DNA of 63,920 nucleotides, filler included, from Reticulomyxa filosa (taxonomy: Eukaryota > Protista > Foraminifera), in NCBI GenBank assembly GCA_000512085.1. It is 19 parts of 19 records of this genome, joined end to end, with 100 filler letters (N's around TTAATTAATTAA, not from the genome) between each part and the next. Parts side by side here need not be neighbours in the genome. Positions count along the whole stretch, not along the records: positions 24,632 to 35,144 come from ASPP01015236.1; positions 35,245 to 40,793 come from ASPP01019773.1; 17 more parts are not named here. One strand, written 5' to 3'. Position numbers and translations under genes: made by a program. Position 1 is the stretch's first letter. The number at the start of each line of letters is the position of its first letter. Positions 24,532 through 38,939 of the stretch are shown piece by piece. Under the pieces are notes generated by a model that saw nothing but the letters and a program-made list of their open reading frames with translations, had not been told where the DNA came from and searched no databases.

Positions 24532-26412
24532 NNNNNNNNNNNNNNNNNNNNNNNNNNNNNNNNNNNNNNNNNNNNTTAATTAATTAANNNNNNNNNNNNN
24601 NNNNNNNNNNNNNNNNNNNNNNNNNNNNNNNGCATTTTAGGTGTCAACTTTCTTTTTTATCTTACTGTAAAATAAATGAATAGTTATTGTGTCATGAATT
24701 TATGAAGTACTGCAATGTCATTTTTTTTAATTGTGTTTTTGTCAATGCTAGACATACAATGTATTATTTTGATAAAAAAAAAAAAGCGACAGTATTAATT
24801 TAAAAAAAATGTGTTAGAATGAATCAAACAAAAAATGTATTGAAATAAAAAAAAATAGATTGTTATTTGTGGATTATTTATGCGTTCATTATGTGATCAT
24901 TTTAACATGGACTTGCTCAATGAGACTATATTTGGTGTGGATATTCTTACAGTTCTTCATGTGGCTATTCATGTGGCCCTTCCTTTGAATCACTATCGAT
25001 ATTATTTGAGACATTTATTGCTCTTGTTCTTACGGAATGAGTATTTATAGCGTACAGAATTGGACCAGGTTTTGAAAGTACTGCCCTTGGTTAATCAGGC
25101 TTTCAGCAATAAAAAAAAAGAATTTTTTATCAAGAACATTTGACTATGAATAACAGTCAATTGGCAACCCATAAAGTGGTCATGCCACAAATGCAAGACA
25201 ATGTACAATCAATTGCAGCGTTTGAGTGGCTTGGCTATTCCTTATGATCAAAGAGAAGTTCTGAAAAATGAATCATATTCCCAACAATAGCAGAATATTT
25301 TCTTCTTAATATTTACAATATCAAATACATCAAATTGTGCTTGAAAAATATATTCTCCTGTAATCATTTTTACTCTAGCATATTTCAATTGATTAATTCT
25401 TTATGAAATATCTTCATGCAAAGACAGATAACAATTGAATTCTATGCAACTTTTTCTTTGCAACAAAATTGATTTGATCTTCAAGAAAATTCTTGTACTT
25501 TTTTCTCGTATTCAGAAAATTTGTCAATTTTTTTAGCTTTTAAAAAAAAAAATAGCATGATAGTTTTTCTCAAGATTTCCAACTTGTGCGTTAAAGAGAA
25601 AATGACAACAACTTTACGTTCTCAAAAGTTTACTTGAGTCCTAAAACAAAATCAAAACAACACTGCAATCCTTTTTCAAAATATTAACTATGTTGTGGAA
25701 TGTCTGCACAAAGTGTAACATGAAATGTTGGTTAGCTGTCCTGAGCAAACTTTCAACAAAAACGAAATTTGTTAAGTAACTAGAAAATAATGATCTAAAA
25801 CAAACAAGCAAAAGTAAGAACAGAAGACTGAGCGAACCAGAATAAAGGGAGTTCTGGGGTTCACTTGGATTTCTGATAATGATTAGTACTACACGTACTA
25901 TAATATTATTTTGAAAAATTAGAATGTTGAGTCCAAAAAAAAAAAGAAACATCTTTCCCTAATCAAGACCTTATCGATTTAGGAATGGTCTTTACCTGTG
26001 GTGGTCCCCGTTAACACCAAGGTTGTAAACATTCCAAAAAAAATAATAACTTCTTCTATTTGAGAACGATGAGCAAAAAAAAATGAACTAAACAATAAAA
26101 AAAAACTCTTAACACTTTTTTAAAGTTAAAGTTTTTGTGTTTAAATATAAATTCTGGACATTGCAAAAATTGGAACCAAGATACTCAAAAAGATTGTTTC
26201 CATTTATTCTTTTTGGCCTCTCAATTGTGAAGATATTTTCATTTTTAATGACACAAAACAAATTAAAACATAAGTTTCAAACTACAACTTAAAAGGTTTT
26301 TTATTTTTTTTTGGTGTGGAAATTTCAGCTGACTTGTGTGGAATCATTCCAGATTATGAATTGAAAATACTTGAAGTCGATTTACTGGAATTTCAACACA
26401 TAAAGTGAAATC

Positions 26413-29400
26413 ATGGACTCAATTAATTTAGCTGAAGCTCATTTGATGCCGACCGACATACACGGCAAGGACGAGTTAAGTTATTCAGCTTCGTATGACT
26501 CATCAACGGCGGAAGAAGAGAAAAGTACCAGCGAAAATCAGCATCTCGGAGATCAGGAGGCACACCCAATCGTCCCCGAATTCAGCCCAACGTCGTCTCC
26601 AGCACCAGAAGAGGTAGGTCCGACGTATGAAGACCAGCAACTGACGACGGATCGTATATCAATGGAGAAGGACATGCCAAGTAGTGACGTACACGACATC
26701 GATCAGTTCCGTGATGATGAAGCAACTTCAAATACATTTCCCCAATATACAAGCGTTTCAGTTTGTACCTTTTTTTTTTTTTTTTTTTGTTTGGCCGAAT
26801 AAAAACATTCCAAACGACCTTGGAATGAATTCATATGCATATTATATTATGATTATGCGTTTTTTAAAAAATTTTTAAAAACGCGTATGACACTCTGAAG
26901 GAACTGGGATACGTGAACGAAACAAATAATATTGATAACGAACTGGTGGCGACAAGCAACGGCAAGCAGGAAGTGATGGACGTACAAGGTAGTACCGAAG
27001 CAATGGACATAACGCAGACGTTTGATTTGACAGCGAATCGCAAGCGAAGCAGCATAAACTATGAGGCCACTCCGGAAGCTTTGGATAAGCCACAGGGAGC
27101 TGACGTGACCATAGCAATGGTGGCCGTGAATCCAAACGTGGACAATGAAGAGAGTCCAGTGAACGCAATGGAAGAGGAGAAGCCCGTGACCGTGATCCGA
27201 CAAAGCTCACTAGTTGTTGGGTCAAAAGAGAGCACCACAAAGCCATTGATTCCCAAAATTACCGCGGAAAACGGCTCTGTTGCAAAGGATGACATGACGG
27301 CCAGCAAGGTCGCAAGAAAGGCCAAATTCACGCAAATGATGGCAAGAAAGTCGGGAAAAACCCCTGTCATAAATGTAACCAAAAAACAAGCAGCACCAAA
27401 CCGAACTGGAAAAGCGAGTACTTCCACTTCCAAGCTGAAAGTGGGATCGGGAAAAAAGCCTGCTTTAAATAGCGCCAAAAGTGGTACCGCTGTCAAAAAT
27501 GCCAAAACAGGTACAAATAAAAGGAGGGATTATTTCAAATTTACTCGTTGTTCATTGTTTTTTTTTTTTCGTAATATAATAAATTAATAAACAAATAAAA
27601 CAAATAAATTTATACTTATTTTATTTATATTTATTATTATCAACTATAAGTTTATTTGTGACGACTATGATGGGACTGGGAAAATGGGCCAACAGCGAAT
27701 AACAAGAGAAATGCAGCTGGCGCAAAAAGCGCGGCCAAAGCACCTGTGAAAGGCAAAGGAGCGGCGGATGGAGGTTCCAAAAGACCCGCCGCTGCAGGCT
27801 CGAACGCGCTGGCAGTGAGTAAAAAATCAGCTGGTGCCAAAAGTAACACGAGTGGGACCACCGCTGTGAAGAAGCAACTGCAACCAAGTAATCGACAACA
27901 AATGAATGAGAAAGCGCTCAAGGCGGCTCGCTCCACGACACAACGTCTTTCAAGTGCGGATGTATTGGCAAAAACGAATAACAATAACAACAACAACAAT
28001 AATAATAATAATAATAATAATAATACGAATAATGCAAATGCAAATGCCAAAAGCGTCGACGCAAATGCAAATGTCGGATCAACCTTAAAAAAAGCACGTG
28101 GCGCGAGTGATGCGGATTTACTGAAACTGGAAGACGAAAATAATGCGAATCGCAACCGCAGCAAAACATCTGAAAATGTGGATAGCGACGGAAAGCCGAA
28201 GCGCATGTCTGCTCGAATGCTGCTCTTGCAACAGGCCCACGAAACGGTACAAGCAGCAAAAGACGCAATGGAGCGAGCCAAGGCAGAGGAGAGAAAAGAG
28301 TTGGAAGATAAAAAAAACGAAAAGAGTGACAAATACGGCAAGGAGGTGGCCAGCCAAGGCGGAAAAGTAGAGATATCGAGTGGGATTCAAATGGCTTTGA
28401 AAAACTTGAAACCCGCCGAACGTAAAAGAATTGAGCAGCATATCACTGAGCAATTGACAGCAGAACGAGTTTAATTCCTCTTTCATTTACATATTACATA
28501 TATATATATATATGTATATATGTATATATATATATGTAAATATATGTGTATGTATATGTATACATACATAAACATACATATAAAACGTATACGTATACCT
28601 CTTGTGAACTGAAATACTTGTAAAACACGAAAGGATGAACTATTGTCATTGCGTGGACTATTGAAAAAACAAGGTGATGAGATCTCACGACAAAAAGAGC
28701 AGTTTGAGGAAGAAAGAAGAAAGTTCGTGCAGGAAAAGGCGGAGACGGAGGAGTTGCAGAAAAAAATGAAAGAAGAAAAAAGGCAATTGAAAGAACAACT
28801 GGACGAATTCAATGTGTTTCGTAGAGATCTATTGAACAAACAAAAGCAGCTACAAGTGGAATTGGGAAGACAACGCGCGCAAATACTGGAGGAGAAAACG
28901 CGATTGGAAAAAGTGGACAAACTTCAAAAAGCCCGACAAAAACGACTGTCGCACGATTTGGGCGATTTTGCATCCAAGCTTCTGGCCAAAGAGCAAGAGC
29001 AACGAGTCAAACAGGCAGAGTTGAGAGCAAAGGAAGTGGACTTTGAAACGCGCGAAGAGCGATTAGACGCCAAGGCCGAGCAAATTGGAAAGCAAAAGGA
29101 AGAGGCAATGCAAATGATGTCCAAAGTGGAATCCAAAGAAGATGAGTTGAAGCAAAAAGAAGATCAAATATCGACCAAAGAAGAAGAATTGTCAAAAAGA
29201 ATTGAGGAAGTGGAAATTGATATGTTGGAGACTGAAGAGCGAATGAAATATTTGCACGATGCCGAAACAAAAGCTTTGGAAACTTTGAAAAAGATTCAAC
29301 AACAAAAAAAGAAATCCGAAGCGAAAAAAAACACCTCAACGAAAAAAAATTGGAACTATCTTACCAAGAAAATGAAATTAGAAATTTGGGAAAAGTCTTG

Positions 29401-32400
29401 GATGACAAAAAAACTAACATTCAACGAGATTTACAATCAATTGGTGATATTCAAAAACAAGATCAAGAATTGGATGAATCCATCAAAAAAAACAACTTCT
29501 TAATTGAGTTGTTACAGTCTCCCGAATTGCTTATGAGGTTTCAATCGCAACATGACAATCCGCAAAACGAAACAACTACCAAAGATTTGAATGCTGCTCT
29601 TGCTAAACAAGAAGAAATCTTTAAGGCCGAAATGGAAAAGCTCAGCAAAAAAGTTAGCCAGCTTCAAGAACAAAACACAACCTTGGAAAAAAAAATGAAA
29701 GAAAAAGACGAAATTAAACCAACTCCTTCTAACCAAGGTTTATACTTTTTTTTTATTTTATTACATGTGCACATATAATCTCATACGCTTTTCCTTCACA
29801 TGACATCTTTTCGACAGTTTCTTCGACTCAAGCCTCATTGCCTAACCAGGCACCATTACCTCGACAAACACCATTATCAGGACAAGCACCTTTGTCTGGT
29901 CAAGCACCACTACCAGGACAAATTTCATCGTCCACTCAAGCACCGTTACCAGGACTAGCGCCTTTACCTCGTCAAGCACCGTTGCCTGGCCAAGCACCAT
30001 TACCGGGTCAAGCACCATTACCGGGTCAAGCACCATTACCAGGCCAAGCATCATTGCCAGGCCAAGCGCCATTACCTCGTCAGGCACCTTTACCTGGTCA
30101 AGTACCATTACCAGGCCAAGCTCCATTACCTGGGCAAGCGCCTTTGCCTGGGCAAGCTCCACTACCGGGACAAGCTTCCTTACCTCGTCAAGCCCCATTA
30201 CCTGGACAGGCACCACTACCAGGATCAGCTCCATTACCAGGATCAGCCCCATTACCAGGATCAGCTCCATTACCAGGATCAGCTCCATTACCAGGATCAG
30301 CTCCATTACCAGGATTAGCCCCAAAGCCAGCTCCATTACCTGGATCAGCTCCAATCCCATTGGCGCCGTTACTAGGATCTGCACCATTGCCAGGATCAGC
30401 TCCTTTGCCAGGACTTCCTGGCTTGGCTCCAGCTCCCATACCAAGTCTGGCTCCGATTCCCGGATTTGCACCAGTTCCAGGTTTGGCTCCTGTTCCCGGT
30501 GCTCCTTTGGCAGGTTAAAAAAAAAGAGATTTTACTCAAAATGCTTGGGTTCAGTAAACAGCAGACATTCAAATGAAAAATATACTGTGTTTGATTACAA
30601 AATCGAAACAGCACCAATTCCATCTTTGCCAGGATTGGGTGGTGCTCCTGCTCCAATTCCATCTTTGCCAGGATTGGGTGGTGCTCCTGCTCCACCTCCA
30701 TTACCCGGGGCATTGCCATTGTTGGGCTCAGCTCCATTGCCGAATTTGCCAAATTTGCCAGGTTTGGCAAGTTCGCCGGGCCTACCTCAATTGGGCGCTG
30801 CGGGCGGTGGCGGAGCAAAAGCTGCTGCTCAATCTAAAAAGAAGCGCTGGAATCCAAAGACAGAAATGAAGGCATTGCATTGGACACCAATAAAAGACCG
30901 AGACTTGAACAAAGCAAAAGACAATATTTGGACCACGATCGACGATCATGGATTTGATTTGGATACTGAAATGCTGGAGACAATGTTTCACAAACCAAAG
31001 AAAGAAAAAAAAAAAAGGCCGGTGGAAAAGGCAAAGGCAAAGGAGATAAGCCACAAACCATTACTTTCATTGAAAACGATCGTCGAGCACAAAACATGAA
31101 CATTGGATTGGGAACAATTAAAGAAAGTTATACCAACATCCGCGAGTGGATGTTGGAGATGAATGAAGAAAAGTTACCCATTGGCACTTTGAAGAAATTC
31201 ATTGCATTGGTACCAACAGAAGAAGAACAAAAGCAGACTTTGGAGGCGATTAAAAAGCACAATTTGGACGTGGAAAAAAATAAGGTTGAATTGTTGGGAA
31301 TGGCAGAAAAGTTTTGGTATCACATGATTTCTATTCCACGAGTGGATGAAAGATTGAAACTCTGGGCTTTCAAAATGGAGTTTGATGAAATGTATGAATT
31401 GCAAGCCAAGCGTGTTAACCTGTTGGTGGATGCACACGAACAATTGAAACGCAGTGACACTCTCCGAAAAATTTTGACCGTCATTTTAGCCGTTGGGAAC
31501 TATATGAATGCAAACAATAAGAAAGGTGAAGCAAATGGTGTCAGATTGGATGTATTGGCCAAAATTGAGGGCTTGCGATCCAATGAGGGCGGATGGAGTC
31601 TGCTCATGTATGTATACAATTTAATGGCGAACAAGTATCCTGACTTTGTGGATTTGCATAGTGATATCAGTGTAGTACCAGACGCGGCCAAGGTTTGCAA
31701 AAAAGAGGAATTGGAAGATTTACAGAAACAAGTGGAAGATATTAACAATCAAGTGAAGGACATGATCCAAAAGATGGAGGTAATTAACTGAGACACGTGA
31801 AAAGAAAGAGACAACTCCTTCTGAAGAGAAAACAGAAAGCAAAACGGAGAATGGTGATGGAAAATCAAAGGATCGTTTCTTGGATATAATGAAGACTTTT
31901 GCGCAAGAGGCGCAAAAATCTGCAGAGCGATTACAAATGAAATTGAACAAATCATTGGAAAACTTGTCCGCTTTGGCAGTGGCTTTTGGAGAAAACAAAG
32001 ACATTCCTTTGGAAGATTTTATGAAATATTTTACTGATTTCTTGGAGGCATGGGGAAAATCACGAGAGGCTTTACGAAAGATGGAAGCAGAGAAAAAAAA
32101 GAAAGAAAAAATGGAGGCGAAAAAAACGAAATTGCAAGAAAAGTTGGAAAAACGTGAAAGTAAACAAGCATTGCAAGACAAAGGTGTTTTGAAATCCAAA
32201 AAAAAAGAAAAGCAAGAAAAGCAGCAAAAGCAATTACTTCAGAATATTTTGAATAAAGAAATTTTACAAAAAAAGAAAAAGATTTTGGAACTGGAAGGAA
32301 AAGAAAAAAAATTAAAGTTGGACAATCGACACCGAAGTATATTTGTGCAACATATTCAATACCGTTGTTTGCATTGCGAGGAATTGCACGATGACGCTAT

Positions 32401-34582
32401 GCAAAGAACGGGTCAGTATTTGCATAAATGCTGGGTAACACAGCAAGCCAAACAAGAGCGAGATGAAATGAAAGGCAAGCAATTGCGATGGTTTTCAATG
32501 TTGGATAAAATGGAAGACTGCCAATGGGATCATGATGGCCCTTGTATCGAACAAAGAAAGAGTGACAATGCTATACTCGCTGGAATTCAAGTGGTAAGAA
32601 ATGAAGAAAATCAAAGAAAACGAGGAGACGATGGATCTTCCAACAAAGAACAAGGAGGCTCATTTAACACTTTGAGCAAGCTTCGCAAGGAAAAGGCCGG
32701 AAGTGGAGGTACTGTTCATTCGCTGTGGGAACGGAGTCGAAGTGGCAAAATTGAAACAGCAAGTGGTACTGAAGTGGCCACAAAACAAGACTTCCGAAAC
32801 GTTCAAAAAGGATTCATTAGTTGGCGCAGGCAATTTGATCCTGAATCTGCTGCTGGCTTAGATATGAAGATAACCCCTTTGCTGGAAGAAGAGGAAACAC
32901 CAGAATCTCCTCCACAGGCTGTAGATCAAACTTCAAAAAGCTCACCCAAAGCAGGTGATCCCAAAAATGCTGCACCTCCTTCGGAAGAGGAACCTAATGC
33001 TGGTGATTCGAGTCAAATGAATCAGTATCGCAAAAAACGCAAAAATCGCCAAAAAAAAGCTAAAAAAGTTTCTTTTGAAAAGCATCAAGATAAGTTGAGA
33101 ATTTTTTAAACTAATGCATGAGATACATACGTATACATCAAAGAGGTCAATCATTTTTGTTCTGTAAGTTAAAAATAAAACAAAACACAAAACAAAAAAT
33201 ATAGCAACTTTGAAGAATTGTCTCAAAAGTCCCGTCTAAGTGCAAAGTCCAATAAAACGTTTTCTATATCTGTAGAAAATGAAAGTGGAGATACACAAAT
33301 GGTTGTTAATCAAGGTGATTTATCTGCCATTTCCACACTGCCTTTGGAAAGCCAACAACAATTAGGCGCGACACTTGGAAGCAAATCTACTGCTGGACAC
33401 CGCGCTCGTGAGTCAAAGTTTATTCCAGGAAGTACTCTTGAAGAATCAAGACGATTAAAACGAAGAGGAAGTGATGCAACGTCACCTCAACACAATAAGC
33501 GTCGATCAACAATTGAAAACAATGTCCATGCTGAAACTTTCAAAGTGACAACTGAACAAAAGGAAAGATTGGAAGACTCGGACTTTTTGAAACAACTGCG
33601 TGATGAATTTATAAATTTTGGACAATTAAGTTATGATTTGCGAAAGAATACACTTGCTGTGGTTTTACGAGCACAAAAAGATCGAATGGAAGCAATTGAA
33701 TTGTTAGAAAAAAAACTGGGAAGATTGATTGATGACACAAAAGAAGAGACACGTACAGAAACAGATAATTCTGGTGGTGATATTCGTAAATTTATTTTGC
33801 ATGAAGAGCAATTAGAAATGTTGCATGATGAAGAGTATATGACTCAAATTGTCAATGATTTTGATCATTTTGGTACAATAAACGTTCACGAAAGTGAATT
33901 AATCTTGCAATGTCGTGACAAAACAAAGCTGACTGATGCAATAAGAAGATTGGAGAAGAGATTGGGTGTGCTATGGACACGCAAAGAAATTCAAGAAATA
34001 ATGAATACATTGCATGTAAGCTGGGATGATGATGACAACAAAATGATCAAGTTTTTGGACAAAATGACCAAGCAAGTTCAAAAAGGTGCTCGATTCAATA
34101 AACACCGAAAGAAAGGAGGCCCGCAACATCGATGGGTGCTGGTCAGATTTGGTCGTTTGTATTGGAAAGAAAGAGTGACAGACAAAAACAATAAGAGTCA
34201 TTCCTTCAATTTAACCAAAATTAGGCAAGTCTTGGCCGGAAAAGTGACACGTGCGTTACAAGAAGCAAAAGATGCTCCTGATAGAGCATGCTTTTGTGTT
34301 GCTGGTGAATCTGTGACTCTTGATTTGCAAGCGGAAACAGAGGAAGTTGCAAATGAATGGGTCAACTACCTAAAAGGATATGTTCGACATTACGAACGAC
34401 AAGGTGGAAAAGAGGAAAAAGAAAAAGAAAAGAAAAAGAGGGAGGACGAGAAAAAAGCAAGCAGCGACCACAAGCACGTGCAACAGATGAGGACACAGAA
34501 GAGGATTAAACAAGTCCACTATTTTTCTGTTTTTCATTTGATTTTTGTTTTTTTTTACCGTTGTGAAGATTTGTTTTTTTGA
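26413..34582 (+). CDS. Giant formin: disordered N-terminus, coiled coil, FH1, FH2 and probably a C-terminal PH domain; multi-exon with homopolymer frameshifts
   Basis: FH2 motifs MKALHWTPI..IWTTI, NIGL, AEKFW..M..IPR..ERLKLW.F, ILAVGNYMN..GEANG.RLD.LAKI. Pro-rich FH1 at 29838-30800, coiled coil at 28643-29700, PH-like domain at 34080-34390. Joining of the 33218-34582 exon is inferred. Confidence 0.85.
29845..30510 (+). repeat. 18-bp tandem repeat encoding (Q/S)APLPG hexapeptides (formin FH1)
   Basis: Roughly 35 imperfect units such as caagcaccattaccaggc and tcagctccattaccagga. Confidence 0.95.
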
Positions 34583-35244
34583 CCATTGTACGTTGTCGAA
34601 ATATATTGTGGCTTGTCACTTCTGAATAAATCATCAGACTAAGGTCAAAATGAATGCACTTTTATTTTTTCATTATCTCCAATAATAAATAAAAAAGATT
34701 AAACATTCTTTTTGTTGTTCAAGGCCAAAAACAAAAATCTCGCAATAATAATATTTTTGATTGAAGTTATTTGAATGCTCCATCGATAATAAGCAAATCT
34801 TTGGTTGTATGCCAAGTGGATTGACTCTACAGCCAACTGTGGTATATTTTGAAATATATATTATATATTTTCTTCCCTTTTGTTTTTAGAAGCACTGCGT
34901 GCTGCTGTGTAGTGGTTGCAATATTGCCTTTTACTGTCCCAAAGTTTCGTTTGATTTTGCTTCTCAAATTCGGTTATAATATACGTTTGATTGGATTGAA
35001 TAGGATCATCAAAAACTGGACTATAAAATTCACAAAAAAATGTGCAAACAAGTGAGAAAGATTAGAGAAGCTCCAAATAATTTATAAAAATATTAAAAAT
35101 GCATGTTTTGTAATGGATTCATATCTATTTTATATTTTTTGCATNNNNNNNNNNNNNNNNNNNNNNNNNNNNNNNNNNNNNNNNNNNNTTAATTAATTAA
35201 NNNNNNNNNNNNNNNNNNNNNNNNNNNNNNNNNNNNNNNNNNNN

Positions 35245-36240
35245 TAATAACTTCCGAAATTGCTTATGGCAAGTAATGCAAACAAATGTTTTCACTCGCA
35301 AATGTGCTTCCTTGGTATGGCTTGCCAAACGTTTTTTTGAAACAAACGAACATCGACACAATTTGCATCTACTCGAGGTGATTTCGAATCTTTGGCAAGT
35401 ATCTATGCATCTTCGTTCCGCGTCAGGTAGTCCATTTTCTCCATCGCGACCGCATGGAGACTGTCGTGCTGTTGAAGGAAAGCACTTGACATCGCATCTC
35501 GTCGGATGTTGATCGGGAATAGGACTAGGCGAGACATCGGGGGTACTTGAGCAATCGCTGGTGAAATTGATAGTTTTTTCAACTACTACAAAAATCCACG
35601 GGACAAACGGAGAAGAGAACGTTTGAATAGATCCAAAAAAAAAAAAAAAAAACAAACAAAAAATTTCCTGCATTTTTTATGTTCTTAAAAAAAATAAGTA
35701 TACGTTTTCTTTAGTTCTTTTTACCAACCCCCTTTGCTTTTTTCCTCTTTCTTAACACCCACTTATACAAAAACAAAAATAGTTCATTTCACACCCTTTT
35801 TTGGATACAGACAGTAAAATACATACAAGAAAATAGACACCGATAGGAGTGCACATCAATGGCAGGACAACCTGCAAGCGGTTCTTCGCATTTTGGGCAC
35901 TGAATGTTAGCTCTTGGGGGGAATTGTAACCGCTCGTTCTTTGAAGAATGACCTTGACTTGGGTTGCTTGAGAGAAGTTGGAGATATTCAAGGCTTGACA
36001 CTGGTTTTGAGATAGAAAGTTGTTCCCAAACATATGAGTGATGACAAAAAGCTCGCTCACATGAGGAACGCCGGCTTTGACTTGCGGCTGGAAATGTTAC
36101 TTTTTTTGTTGGTGGAAATAATTTATGAGTGGCAAGAGCCACAATTGGGCCACGACTTTACAAGTTCCATTACAGGCGTGAAGTAAAAGTGGTCGTAAGT
36201 GCACAGCTTCTACATTTTTTTTTAAGTTCATTTACATTGC
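35245..36240 (-). CDS. C2H2 zinc-finger protein, 3' partial
   Basis: CKLCRCSFVSKKRLASHTKEAH followed by FVCITCHKQF. The upstream exon at about 35860-36240 is inferred. Confidence 0.7.
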
Positions 36241-36815
36241 TGCGGACAAGCTAAAAAAAAACAAACAAAAAACTGGTATATCTCAACTGTCGATGGGGTG
36301 ACCGAAGAAGTTGGTTTCATTATGATTGATTTGAAAGGGAACGAAGAATTAAGTCGAAAATTCAAAAAAAATAGCAAACAGCAGAATTAGATGTACCTTT
36401 TTTGGGCAAAGTCGAAGTTCAACACCTAGTTCGAAATGGATATTTTACATTAATAAAAGAGAAACTTTCCAAGATAAGCAATAAAATACAAAGTAAATAG
36501 TTTTACAAAAACTTTTATCGTTTAACCAATTTTTATGAGGAACATAGACACGGGTTATCGCCATTTAGACTTTTGGGACTGTTTGCCTGGTCAAACTTCT
36601 ACGGATTGCCTTAAAAGGAACATTTTCTTTAAACAGCATCATACTGAATAAGACCATTACAACTAAGTTCGAAAAGACAAATGCAAACGAGTCAAGTTTC
36701 AGCCAATTTTGACGAAGAAACGCTGCAACAGGTTTGCAACAGATATATTGCTTCTGGTTCTAAGGAACAAAAAATACAGAAAACGAGCTACACATAAATA
36801 CAAAGCATTCTGTTT

Positions 36816-38340
36816 TTGTCTTATGTTGCAATAAAGTTGAAAGAGTTGAGCATTGCAACGCAAAGAATGTTCCAGGAAGATGACGATCTTAACTATAACG
36901 GTTGCGTAAGCATTCATCAACTCTTAACAAAAGAGCCAAAGTTGATCAACAAAATAATCGACAATGGGAGTGTGCCACAACTACTTGAGTTATGTAAGCC
37001 AAATAGATCCGAAAGGATTCAACTCGAGGCCCTCTCAGTGCTTAGGGGCCTTCTTTCCGGAAAACCAGGCAACATACTTGCTGTTGCAAAGAGTTGAATA
37101 AAAATTTTTGTTTGACTTTGTAACAAGACGAGAACCCCTTTTTTAAAAAAATATTGTTTCAGTTGGTGTTGCGCCATTAGTGGAATTAGTTGAAAGCACA
37201 AGAAATGAGTCAATATTGGAACAAGTGTTGTGGGCCTTGGGAACGATAAGTGGTAATAGTGTGGTTTGTCGGAACATAGTATTGAAAGCAGGAGGACTTG
37301 ACAAAGTGATTTCCCGATTGTCGTATATCCAAAAAACAATCAACCAACCCCGAACGCCATTAATGCGTTGTGCATGTCGATGTGTAAGTCAATTTTGTTG
37401 TGGAAGACCTCGTCCTTATCGTCCTGTTGCTGAAAAATGCATCAAAGCATTGATACCATTTTTTGATTCCAGAGACGAAGAGACTTTACAACATACTGCA
37501 TCTGCTTTCAGTTGGCTGACTGAAAGTGATGACAATATGCGCTGTGATGAAGAAAATGAAAACAATTGGACCATGTCAGATATAACTAATGATAATGGAT
37601 ATCTCTCCCTGGTGCGATCATGTGGTGCTTTTCCGAAATTAGTAAATTTGTTAGGACATCCTTCATTTGCTGTGACTCATTCATGTTTGATGGCAATCGG
37701 CAATATGCTTTTGGGAACTTCCCAACAGACAAAGGTTTGCTTTTTTTTACATTGATTTTTTTTTGAAAATGTTTTATTTTGGAATGTGAAAAATTGAAAG
37801 GACATCCTGGAATGTGAAGTGTTGACAAAATTAATGCATTTGCTGAAATCTAAAAATGTAAAAGTTCGAAAAGAAGTTTGTTGGGTATTATCAAATGTAA
37901 CTGCAGATGGACCAATTCATATCGATTACGTAATTAAAGCGGAGTTAATACAACCATTAATACATTTATTAAAGACAGATAAAAGGATTATTCAAATTGA
38001 GGCTGCTTGGGCATTAGGAAATGCCACAGCACTTGGATCTTCTAAACAAATTCATTATTTACTTAAACAAGGATTACTTGAAGCAATGATTGTATTTAGA
38101 GATTCTATTGCTTCACAAAAAAAGAAAGAAGAATTTATGGAGGAAAAGGATGACAATGAAAATTTAGTTAAGTCTTTTTTGTATGGAAATTACTATTTTC
38201 TTTTCATTTTAATCATTTTTTTTTGTTTGTTTGTGCGAAATGAACAGTTTGAAAAACCTGTGCCAAGAGGAGTGCATCAACTGGTTGAAGACACTATTGA
38301 AATTTTGAAAAATAGAAATAGCAATCACAATGTGATATAA
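36816..38340 (+). CDS. Importin-alpha-like armadillo-repeat protein, multi-exon
   Basis: EQVLWALGTISGNSVVCRNIVL, HSCLMAIGNMLLGTSQQT, VRKEVCWVLSNVTA, EAAWALGNAT. The first exon probably starts near 36535. Confidence 0.85.
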
Positions 38341-38939
38341 GATAAAATGTGGAAAGTGTTTTCTTTGCTTTACTTTTTTCTTTAAATTAATTAGAAAACT
38401 TATTCAAAGAGAAATAACTATTATATTTTTCTTTTCAAAATTATTAACATTGATTATTTCCATTTATAATGTGTTCTCAAATTTTTATATCAGTATCATA
38501 TTAACTTTTTTGTTATAAGAAAGTTTTTTATATCAACTCTTAACTTTGATAACCTTAGAGTCAAAATTTTAAGAATACATTTATAACAAAAACTCTTGCA
38601 CAGCTTTGGCGTCGTTGCTAAATGGAACCGACGTCACAGTTTTGTTTGCAGGTTTCATTTGTTAAGCATGCTAAACTGTATCTTAAAACAAAGAAAAGAT
38701 AAATCGTGATCCTCTCTTTGTCGTTGACACAGAAATCAGACTTAACATTAATAAAATCAAAAATGAATAAAATGAGTTGCCAAATGTTTTAATTTGTGAA
38801 AAGTAATGTAACCGAGTATAATATAAAAGGGTACTGTGAATAAGATATGTATTATCACCCTGCAAAATGAAAATTCTAGTGTGAGCATTGCTTTATGAAA
38901 CCATTTTACAATGTTTGGACATCAAACATAAATTTTTTT

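Noticed and set aside
29845-30510. Regular short repeat array as a possible CRISPR
   Set aside because: No unique spacers. The 18-bp in-frame coding repeat with wobble variation lies directly upstream of FH2.
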